A stretch of DNA of 24,435 nucleotides from Selaginella moellendorffii. Lineage: Eukaryota > Plantae > Lycopodiophyta. A program made the position numbers and the translations under genes. Shown here one piece after another: positions 1 to 8,984 of this stretch. The stretch lies in contig NW_003314378.1 in the NCBI RefSeq assembly GCF_000143415.4, forward strand, positions 376,990 through 401,424. Reading direction: 5' to 3'. The notes below the pieces were generated by a model that did no database searches, had not been told where the DNA came from, and worked only from the letters and a program-made list of their open reading frames with translations. Numbering within the stretch: the first letter of the stretch is position 1; every line of letters begins with the position of its first letter.

Positions 1-92
1 AACGTTTATAACTACTGGGCAGTTGCCGGTTCGATAGAGGGTTTTGCACACAGGGTGATTACAAGACTGCGGCAGCCCATCTGGTTTCTTCC

Positions 93-3000
93 ATGGAGGC
101 GGCTCTCCTGGTGGAGGACCCTGAACTACAGCTCAGTCGGCTGAGTGATGCAAGTCCGTTTTTAGTTGATTGCATAGACACTTACAAAGGCTCCTCGCTT
201 GAAAATCTAGAGACTGAAACAGCTGAGCCCAGGGATCATCTAGAGACTGAAACAGCTGAGCCCAGGATCCCGCATGCGCAGAAGGTAGAAAGATCCTTGA
301 AGCTAAAAAGAGCAGAAGCATATGCACATATGGGAATGGCGCAACTTGTACTGCTCAATTTAGTCGACAAGGCTTGCAAATGTCTCCATGCTGGTGCTGA
401 ATTGCTGCTAAGCGAACATGGATCTTCCGAAGATGCACAAGTAAGAGGAGTGCTGTTCATGTTACAGTACACACTTGCCGGGGTTCGCCTTGAGTATGGT
501 ACACCCGAGGAAGCTTTGGGGCTGTACGCGCAATGCAAGCTTTTGGCTCCAACACCAAGACTCGAGCTCAAGTGCGATGTTCACCTGGCTCACTGTGTCA
601 AGCGCCAAGGTCATTTCCGGGAGGCCACCCAGATGCTGACCAGGCTTTTGACAAACAAGCAAGGTTTGTTGGCCGAGGAGCGTGATGTCAACGCTCAACT
701 TCTGTTTGAGCTTGGGCAGAGTCTGCTTGGGACTGAGAACACAATCCAAGCCGTTATCAACCTTGAGGCCGCAAGAAGACTCTGGGAGGAAGTGGCAGAC
801 ACTTCAGGCTGCCTGCAGTGGTGCTGGTGCGTTCTTTTCCAAGCTTATATGTTGCTCCAGCGGTTCTCAGATGCATTGGATCTTGCTAAGCTGATATCAA
901 GTAACTTGGAGAAACTGGCACCAGGCGCAGAGCAGCTCTGGTACTTGATCAATGGGGGTAACTTTGCTTTTTTCGAAGATCACGAGTTTGTACGGGACAA
1001 GCTTACAGCATGCCTCGACACTGGCAGCCAGGAACACGATTGGCTGGAAAAAACCAGCATACTCCTCAATCTGGGGAACGCTTACCGGCAACTTGGGGAC
1101 TCGGATGCAGCTTTGGAGAAATATGAGGAAGTGTTTGCCTGCATTTCTAGGCTTTCGATACAGGAGGAGGCTCTAGTCCAGGACACTCTGGCATGCGTGC
1201 ACCTCAACCGCTCCGTGGTTTACAGGAACCAGGCGCTAGAGGAAAACCAGAGCAGGTGGATCGAATTAAGCAACAAGCAACTGACTGAGGCACAAGCAGC
1301 AGTGACAATATATCAGCAAGCTGGTCAAGCCCCTTCAGAGCTGGGATTCGCGTACCTTTCACAAGCAGCTGCTCTCATCAACCTAAAGAGCTATAGAGAT
1401 GCTGAAGCATGTCTAGACAGGGCTGAAGCTCTAACTAGCGGCAGCGAGCTTAAAACTGCCAAGGTCATGCTCGTGCGAGCTGGACTCCTAGAGGGCAAAG
1501 ATGAACTCGAGAGAGCACAAGTCTCTGCACACAAGGCACTCTTACTGCTAATGGAGATGCAGAGTAGGTTAAGAGGCCTGGAACATGCATGGGTGACTTT
1601 ACTTGCTGGAGACATGAGGAAGGCCTTCTATTTTATGCAGAAGCTGCTTATTGCAAGCAATAGGTACATGGACGCTCTCTTATGGGCCGAGAGGAGCAGG
1701 ATGCGGCTATATTTCTACAACATCAACCAACGAACTGTGTAATGAGATTACCACGTTTGTTCACAATCTTGATTTCTTTTAACTCTGAAACAGGCAAGAT
1801 GGAGAAGAGGGGGGCCTCTTGCGCTTCGACAGGGATGACCAGTACGCCATTGATTGCATCCGCGAGGCCGTGACAAGCTGTCCTCCAGGATCGGCGGTGG
1901 TGGAGTACACGTGTCCAACAAGTACGGAGGACGTCTTATACATATACGTCGTTCAGCAGGAGCAGTGTGCAGTTCATGTGCGGCAGGTACGCGTCTGTCG
2001 AGTTGTATGCTCTACTCAACCTATCATCTCAGGTGGACTTGAAGAATTTTTTCAGCAGCAAGCCGAACAAGAGGCTAGGCAAACGCTTGGACGCTCTTGT
2101 GAAGCGAACTCGGACAGCCATTGCCAAGGACACAGCTGAAGTTAAGGTCGGCCTGGGGATCCTTCACGAGTTACTCATCGTCCCAGTTCAGGAACTCCTG
2201 GCGAGCTGCAGCAGCGTAATCTTTGCTCCCCATGACGTCCTGTCACTGGTGCCATTTGCTGCACTGTACGATGGAAACGAGTTCCTTGTGAAAAACAAGG
2301 CAGTGGGGACGGTACCATCACTTCGAGCTCTGGGCCGCTGCCTCATCCGGCAGGAGGAGTTTGCCAAGAGAGACAGAGCAACAGCTTTCGTGGCCGGAAA
2401 TCCAGAGCCGATGGGCCTGGGTCTACCCCAGCTCAAAGGAGCAGCTCAAGAGGCGGGTGAAGTTGGACAACAGCTTGGTGTGGACGCTGTTATAGGCTCC
2501 GGAATGACGAAGGCACAGGTGATGAGCAATATGAGCAAGGCCAGCGTCGTCGTGCTCGTCACTCACGGGCTTTTGGACCGCTACTTTCAGCATGGGGCTC
2601 TAGTCATGCAAGCGGGCTCCACAGCGAGTGTTGCTGGGATGCGAGAAGCTGCGAGCAGTGCTCTAGTCATGCAATCGGCGGCTGCGAGTGCTGAAGCTGC
2701 AAAGTGCAGAACTGATGAGGTGATCACAGCCAAGGAGATCGAGACACTCGAAGTTCAAGCAGGCTTGGTGGTTCTCAGTGCTTGCCATGCTGGTGAAGGT
2801 CAAGTCTCAAGCGAAGGCTTGCTTGGACTGGGGCGTGCTGTGCTTCAAGCAGGTGCTGTTTGTGTTCTGGTCACGCTGTGGAAAGTGAACGACGCTGCAA
2901 CTCCAGAGCTGGTAACAGGTACGCCAAAGCCAGGCCCAGCTTCTGTCTCATTTTTGTGCTTCTGTTTTATCAGGATTTTTTGACGAACTCCTTAGAGGAC

Positions 3001-3122
3001 GACGTAATGTTCACGACGCTCTCAGAGCAGCAATGCTCAGAATGCTACACTTAGACATGCCAGTTCGTATATGGGCACCTATGGTGGCCTTTGGTTCGCC
3101 AGGACTGATGTTAAATTGGTGA
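93..3122 (+). CDS. TPR-repeat + C-terminal CHAT (caspase HetF-associated with TPRs) cysteine protease, about 957 aa; exons 93-1738, 1794-1986, 2033-2918, 2974-3122; may have a further 5' exon
   Basis: Removing three GT-AG introns joins ORFs 93..1742, 1819..2139 and 1967..2983 and a last exon in frame (2874 nt, TGA at 3120-3122). TPR-like helices include ILLNLGNAYRQLGDSDAALEKYEEVF and ALLWAERSRMR. CHAT motifs: LHELLIVPV, PHDVLSLVPFAAL, VPSL, GNP..LPQLKGAAQE, VLVTHG (His codon 2564), LVVLSAC (Cys codon 2783), EGLLGLGRAVLQAGA..VLVTLWKVND, ALRAAML..P..WAP..AFG. Confidence 0.88.
205..266 (+). repeat. In-frame 33-nt tandem duplication (LETETAEPR x2)
   Basis: ATCTAGAGACTGAAACAGCTGAGCCCAGG occurs identically at 205-233 and 238-266. 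Confidence 0.95.
1739..1793 (+). other. Spliceosomal intron 1 (55 nt, phase 2)
   Basis: GTAATG...TTTTAACTCTGAAACAG. Removal deletes the TAA at 1740 and restores the frame into the 1819 ORF. Confidence 0.85.
1987..2032 (+). other. Spliceosomal intron 2 (46 nt, phase 0)
   Basis: CAG|GTACGC...CATCTCAG|GTG. Joins HVRQ to VDLKNFF in the CHAT frame. Confidence 0.85.
2919..2973 (+). other. Spliceosomal intron 3 (55 nt, phase 1)
   Basis: AG|GTACGC...TTTTATCAG|GA. Removal gives the conserved CHAT end GFFDELLRGRRNVHDALRAAMLRMLHLDMPVRIWAPMVAFGSPGLMLNW*. Confidence 0.88.
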
Positions 3123-3215
3123 GGTTGTGGCTGAAGTGTTGTGTGATTGATTGTGGTGTTCGTATCAAATGTACTGTATGTTAATTTATAAATATTCAGT
3201 CATTCATAACACCTT

Positions 3216-3443
3216 TCAATATGTTTCTTCATTGTCACAATCCTGTTCAACCTCTGTATAGTCTTTTTCTAGGGCTGCCAAGTCTTCTCTGGCAATGGAG
3301 AGCTCTCCCTCTTCCATACCTTCACCAACATACCAATGCACAAAAGCCCATTTAGCAAACATAAGATCGAATTTGTGACTTATGTGAGAAAAAACTTCTG
3401 CAACAGCAGTGTTGTTGCTAATCATGCACACTGCCCTCTTGAC
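3216..3443 (-). pseudogene. TUA: Alpha-tubulin C-terminal fragment (about 75 aa, ending in Tyr)
   Basis: [75 protein letters not shown] matches the alpha-tubulin C-terminus. Normally invariant residues are substituted (AKRAF->AKWAF, EFSEA->ELSIA), and the 5' part is replaced by RT sequence. Confidence 0.9.
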
Positions 3444-3449
3444 ACTAGT

Positions 3450-4126
3450 GCGTACACTCCCCATGGGCTGATGAATGCTGTTTTTTGTTGATCTTCTTTT
3501 GCAACGTGTACTTGATTGAATTCGCTGAATTCATCTAGGAATGAATACATCTCGTGTCCGGCTACCGAATCCAGTATTTCATCCATAAATAAAATTGGAA
3601 ATGTGTCTGTGGTTGTGCTCTCGTTCAACTTTTTGTAGTTCACACATATTCGCAGTTTGCCATTTTTCTTGGGCACTATAACTAGTGGCGACAGCCATCT
3701 AGCATTCTGTATCAGCCTGATGAATTGAGCTTCAATTATCTTATCGAGTTCGGCTTTAACTCTCTCCTGGAAGTTCGGGTTCATTCGGTATGCTCTTTGT
3801 TTCTTCAGTGTTCCTCCTGAAATGAGTTGAATTCGGTGTGTATAGAGATCAGGAGGTATGCCCCATAACTCTTTGTATGACCATGCGAAAACATCCTGAT
3901 TAAGTCGCAAAAGGTCGATAACTTGTTGTCTGAAGTCGGAATCGAGTTCCTGAGCTATGAGAACATTTCGGGGCTTTTCGCTGGTCCCAATGTTTACTGT
4001 ATCAAGGTCTTCACTGACTTTGATCTTTTTTTGGAGAGTGTCTTCTCCTTCAACTAGTGCAGGAGTCTCGTTGAGGTCCATCTTTCTTTGGCTGTAATTC
4101 CTTGGGTTTGATATCCGGAGCTTCAC
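3450..4126 (-). mobile_element. Ty3/gypsy (non-chromovirus, Tat/Athila-like) reverse transcriptase N-terminal fragment, truncated before YxDD
   Basis: [77 protein letters not shown]. Confidence 0.88.
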
Positions 4127-4900
4127 GTTGATTGATCTTTGGCCATGTTTTGGCTTCTTGAGCAGTAGTCAGTTTTGCAAGTGGGCTGCTGATGAAGGGG
4201 AATTGATATCCTCTCAATGATGATGCTCCAAATTGATTAACTCCAGGAACTTGAGAACTCGGTGTCCGTCTGTCAGGACTAAATTCCCGGGTCTTGGGTA
4301 TCGGATTTGGAGTCTGAGTCTGACTGTCTTGTTGCCCGAACTTAGTGAATATTCGTTTGAGAATGTTATTGCGTTGTTGTTGGAGTTGTGATTTTCTGGC
4401 AGATCTATCTTTACCTTCTGTTTCTTTCTGCTGCTTTAATCGGGTCACCTTTAGCGAATGTTATTGAACTCATTCGACTGCATGCTTTGGACTGGGGTTC
4501 CTGAATCAAAGACAGTGTATTTGTATTGTTGATTGGTGTAGATCAGTACAAGTTTCTGAGGATCTACCACCATAATCACATCGTAAAGAGCTTTCTCAAG
4601 CTGTTCGAATGACAAATTTGGAGCTGCTAACCAGCTGAGATCAATATCTGGTGTACAGATCAGTCCTATCCTCCTGATGACGTTTATACGTTTCAGTCGA
4701 GAATAGAGATATTGTGGTCTCAGTATAGGGGGACGTTGTGATGGAATGGGACAAACAATGATTGTCAGAGTGTCCCAATCAATGTTGATATTTGCTAAGG
4801 GAGAGTTGATGATCTCCTGTGTGATCAAAAGTCGGAGAGGGCTGACGATCACTTGATACTCAATTGCGCACAAGGTGATATTTGTGATTTGAATATTTGT

Positions 4901-5359
4901 GATTAAGCATCTATGGGTTTAAATAGTATTAGGTTAAATAACCTCTTAGGAAGTTCGAATTTAAGAGTTCATGGTATTCAAAAGTTCTTGGATTTGACAT
5001 TATTGATTAGTTAAAAAGTCATGCCATATATTGTGATTGACATTGGAAGGTTTAGTTTGCCTCTGGTTGGGCTCAACTCGAGAGGCAAGGTGTCAAAAGA
5101 GCTAGGCTCTCAAGAGAGCTATGGCTCTCAACTTCCATTTACAAGGGTGTGATTTGCAAAGAAGTGTAATGAATTATAACTAACCAAAGAAAACAACTTC
5201 AAAGATGATCCATCGGGTATAAATATAAAAGGAAAGGGCTTATAAATAAAAATGCACCCCCTTTCCCAATATCTTAGGATATTTAAAGTGAAATATCCAT
5301 GGGTTTAAATAATACTGAGTTGGGTGACCTCTTAGAAACTCCAAACTCAGGAGTTTATA
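4901..5359 (+). mobile_element. Degenerate Cassandra-type TRIM (partial 5' LTR, PBS, internal region, 3' LTR about 5175-5359)
   Basis: Collinear with the reverse complement of 6011-6485. It has decayed 5S-like blocks (about 4901-4960 and 5290-5345), a TGGTATTCA PBS remnant at 4972, and many C>T/G>A changes. Confidence 0.8.
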
Positions 5360-6010
5360 TAAAGTTATATTTCACTAATAGTTTTTAGTGGATTTATTAT
5401 AGAAATTCAAATTACAATATCTCTCATATATTAGAAATTATAAATAAAAAGGTTGTTAGACAATCATATTTCATAAAAATTTACTAAATGGATTTATAGA
5501 TATTTAATATAAAGACCTGCTAACTTTTTGTCCTCCCTCAAAGGATGGCTTTCTCCTTATCCTCAGAATCACATCTAAAATCTAGAGTATTGATAAATTG
5601 AAAAAAAATCACAAAGCTTTATAAAAAGAAAAATAATTTTGTGCTAATGTAGTAGGAGGAAATAACCATAGTCTCATTTCTCAATTGTGTCATGGTCAAT
5701 GTATTTAAGAGAATCAGATCTAAAATTGTTATGCTCAATATATTTAAGAGAACTAAATTTAAAATCATGCTATATAGATGAGTGAGAAATATACCATTTT
5801 TTGAATTTAGATTTTTTGAGAGGCCACCCAGCCTAGTATTACTCAAACGTAAGGAGACTTAACCCCCAAATATCCCAATACTTAAACCTAACACGTTTTA
5901 ACCCAAACTAATTGGAAAAAAGGGTGTACTTTTGTTATTTCCCTCTATATTTGAATTATAGATTGTCTCTCAATTCGTTCTTTTTAATTACTTAGAATTT
6001 ACTATACTTC

Positions 6011-6605
6011 TGTAAGGTCCTGAGTTTGGACTTCTCGGGAGGTCACCCAGCCCAGTACTATTCAAACCCAAGGACGCTTAACTCCAACTATCCCAAGACC
6101 CTTGACCGATTGGAAAAGGGGGTGCACTCTTGTTCATGAGCCCTTTCCCTCTATATTTGAACCCCTATGGATCGTCTTTCGAGTCGTTCTCTTTGGTTGC
6201 TTACAATCCACCACGCTTCCCTGCAAGTTCACACCCTCGTGAACGAAAGTTGAGAGCCGCAGCTCTCCCGAGAGCCTCGCTCTCTTGACACCCTACCCCT
6301 TGGGTCGAGCCCAGCAGGAGCAAACTGGACCAGCCAGATGTCAATCAACATATGGTGTGATTCCCTTAGCCAACCAACAGAGTCGGACCCGAGACCTCTC
6401 TGATACCAAATGTAAGGTCCTGAGTTTGGACTTCCCGGGAGGTCACCCAGCCCAGTACTATTCAAACCCAAGGACGCTTAACTTCAACTATCCCAAGACC
6501 CTTGACCGATTGGAAAACAGGGTGCACTCTTGTTCATGGGCCCTTTCCCTCTATATTTGAACCCCTATGGACCGTCTCTCGAGTCGTTCTCTTTGGTTGC
6601 TTACA
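6011..6605 (-). mobile_element. Complete Cassandra-type TRIM (595 bp) with 5S-rRNA-derived LTR segments
   Basis: Two 195-bp LTRs (6011-6205, 6411-6605; TGTAAG...CTTACA; 7 mismatches). 5-bp TSD ACTTC at 6006-6010 and 6606-6610. tRNA-iMet PBS TGGTATCAGAG (minus strand, 6398-6408), purine-rich tract AGGGAAGCGTGGTGGAT next to the 3' LTR, and no retroelement ORF. Confidence 0.93.
6428..6483 (-). promoter_or_regulatory. 5S rRNA-derived Pol III internal control region (box A to box C) in the 5' LTR; second copy at 6028-6083
   Basis: Minus strand reads AGTTAAGCGTCCTTGGGTTTGAATAGTACTGGGCTGGGTGACCTCCCGGGAAGTCC. The recalled plant 5S segment is AGTTAAGCGTGCTTGGGCGAGAGTAGTACTAGGATGGGTGACCTCCTGGGAAGTCC (about 48/56 identical). 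Confidence 0.88.
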
Positions 6606-6738
6606 ACTTCCTTACAAGTTCATGCTCGTAAATGGAAATTGAAAGCCACAACTTTCCCAAGAGCTTTGCTCTTTTGACACCCTACTATTTATGTTGAACT
6701 TAATTGAAAGCAAATTAAATTTACTAAATGTCAATTTT

Positions 6739-6823
6739 AACATGTAGTGTAATTCTTTGTCATGTAATTCTCAACATATGATGTAATTCTCTGTCATGTA
6801 ATTCTCAATATATAATATAATTC
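6739..6823. repeat. 34-nt tandem repeat, about 2.5 copies
   Basis: AACATGTAGTGTAATTCTTTGTCATGTAATTCTC / AACATATGATGTAATTCTCTGTCATGTAATTCTC / partial third copy. Confidence 0.8.
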
Positions 6824-7360
6824 TGTTATCTTTGATTACTTACAACTACCTAGTCTCTAGAGGGTGGTACAATGAGAATTGTTATTTGTTCTATTTGATG
6901 CTAAATTTAATAAATCTTTATAATACATCCTAACATATTAAAATGTCAAAGCCACAAAAGTGTGCAATATTCCTGCCCAATAGCTAAAAGATAAATTACC
7001 CCATATAGAAAAAGAAATAGAATCACTTTGCAAAAACAGAAAAAATGTGTGTGTTAAGAGGGCTAAAATCACATTGCATTTAGTGTTAGGGCATTGTAAG
7101 AAAATTCAAAACTTATTTGCTAATGGGCTCTTTGGTTTTAAATATATGAGAATGGTAAGCAAAATTCCCAACTTCACTAAGGGCATTCCTAGTTATAATA
7201 AATTTTCTTATTATTTAGTAATATCTTTTCAGGCTACTATCAATTTTACCAAAAGGTTCTGATCTCTTTTGTGATTAAAAGACTTGAATCAATTCATTAT
7301 GAAATTTTTGCATAGACTATGCAATTCATTTCTTTTTTTTCCTTCACCTTGCTGTAAATA

Positions 7361-7972
7361 ATGTTCACATTGAGCATGTCCAGTAACCATGACAATTCAA
7401 ATGATCACCTTTATTTTATAGCAAACACATTGTATGCATCCCTGCATTTTCCATAAATTTTCCACTTAAAGAGAAAAATCCAACCCATAACCGACTACAA
7501 CTTATGAATGTGATTATCAGTTCAAAGAACTTCAAGAGAAAAACAAGCATCTAAAGCCATGAGAAGGTGATCTTTTTTTATCTTAGGCCTGCATTTTGCT
7601 CTATCAGAAATGCATATTGCAACTTTCCATGCCAAGTATATGTGCTAAATGACAATCGTCCAAGGCTCACACTAAAACATAATTGCACTTCAAGACTATT
7701 GCTCAACTAATAAGAACCCTTCCAGACACAAGTATGCATAGAGGTGGATTGCTTGCTTACCACACTCATGCGACACATAGACAGTGATCATCGTGTTTCA
7801 TCCCGCTCAATCAAATGCATCTCAATAAGCCCACACTTTCCATACATATAAACTCAACTACTAGAAAGAATTCAAGCACAGATTTACTTGCCCTTGGAGA
7901 GAATCTCCCAGCACAGTGCAAACACCCATGGCCTTCAGAAGAGTGATCTCATTGCCCTCCATGCCTCCAAGG
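7361..7972 (-). pseudogene. Highly decayed PLS-class pentatricopeptide repeat (PPR) gene remnant
   Basis: Minus-strand fragments across frameshifts: GNEITLLKAMGVCTVLGD, MYGKCGLIE (7830-7847), YTWHGK, an ITF/LMALDAC-like stretch, IYGKCRDAYNVF and VMVTGHAQ. These are typical PLS PPR motifs. Confidence 0.7.
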
Positions 7973-8216
7973 GTGCGAACTCTTACTCCAAGTACGTTTC
8001 TCAGTGGTCAAGGCTTTTGAGAGGTAAAATCGAACCCTATCCTACTTTTGCCCTTTCTTTTGTCGATCTTCCAGCTCGTAAGTCCTCAAATCCCGAAACG
8101 ATGATGAAAGAATCGCTTGGAACAGGTCCGGAAGTTTTGAATCAAAGAAATGGCAAGGGCGATGGAACAACGAGCGCTGGGGCGTGGGCGATCCGATCGC
8201 GCAGCTCGCCGCCAAG

Positions 8217-8755
8217 CCCGCTTGCAACTACAAGTAGTGTCTATCTGGAGCTGGAGGAGAGCTTGGCGAAGCACTTGGCTGGAGATCTCAGCGAAGAAAC
8301 AGGCATCAACTTCGCGGACAGTCGTGTTTTCAGTCTCAGCCCTGCTCCAAGTCGGGTGTTCGCGTCCTCCTCAGGCTCTCTTTTGCTGGCACACACAGCG
8401 AGCTTGATCTCGGCATCACTTGGACAGCCCCGGTGGATTGGTCTCCGGCTCGGGCTCAGTTCTACACAAGCTGGTACTTGGCTGGCAGCGGGAATGCAAG
8501 GGGATCCATCGTGATTTCGTTTCGGGCAAATGATGGTTCTTCCCGGGACTGTTGCTCTCCAGGCATCGAGGCAGCCGAGGATGATACCGAGGTATGTTCG
8601 TTTGAATGGCCACACGCTACAGGTTTCGTTGGATTGCCAAAACGTGGAGTTTTGGGACTGATGAGATTCACACCAGCAGAAGATCGCAAAGCTCCTGCGG
8701 CTGTGGAGATTTCTCAGCGAGTTTCTATTGCAACCCAGGCCATAACTCTTGACGA
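8217..8755 (+). pseudogene. GPI transamidase component PIG-T/GPI16 fragment, copy A (frameshifted)
   Basis: PLATTSSVYLELE, DLGITWTAPVDWS, YLAGSGNARGSIVI, MIPRYVRLNGHTLQVSLD and FTPAEDRKAP match recalled plant PIG-T motifs (VLAKSSNVYLQLE, DLGLTW, FLMGSGNERGAIAI, QIFPWYIKVYYHTLQ). Homologous to copy B. Confidence 0.78.
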
Positions 8756-8888
8756 TCTATTACCACGATGATCGATTCACAACCCAAGAGGGGGCTTTGC
8801 CAAGGACGAAACGCCGAGCAGCACGAAGGCGGGGGATAATCTCGTCTGGTGGGCGATCTAACAAAAACGCCATGGATTTCGCAAAGAC

Positions 8889-8984
8889 CCCTGTCATATG
8901 GTTCAAGTACATGGTATGATTTTTTTATTACGGGAACCCTGTCATATGGTTCAAGTACATGGTATGATTTTTTTATTACGGGAA
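8889..8984. repeat. Perfect 48-bp tandem duplication
   Basis: CCCTGTCATATGGTTCAAGTACATGGTATGATTTTTTTATTACGGGAA x2. Confidence 0.95.

Larger units (their letters stand above)
5790..6757 (-). mobile_element. Older degenerate Cassandra-type TRIM, interrupted by the young copy
   Basis: About 5790-5996 is a decayed LTR (GAGGCCACCCAGCCTAGTATTACTCAAAC, TTCCCTCTATATTTGAA). 6611-6757 continues the internal region exactly where 5997-6010 leaves off. Confidence 0.8.

Noticed and set aside
93-3122. Bacterial TPR-CHAT / type III-E CRISPR (Craspase) locus, or a frameshifted pseudogene
   Set aside because: The breaks are clean GT-AG introns that restore frame. There are no cas genes or array, and the context is plant transposons.
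3216-3464. Functional alpha-tubulin gene or its last exon
   Set aside because: No upstream tubulin exons were found in the window, the 5' side is RT sequence, and conserved residues are substituted.
6028-6483. Genuine 5S rRNA genes
   Set aside because: Only about 56 nt match, the 5' part of 5S is missing, and both copies sit inside LTRs.
7888-8514. 208-aa ORF as a real gene
   Set aside because: It is a chimeric open frame spanning antisense PPR relic, a linker and out-of-frame PIG-T pieces, with a non-ATG start.
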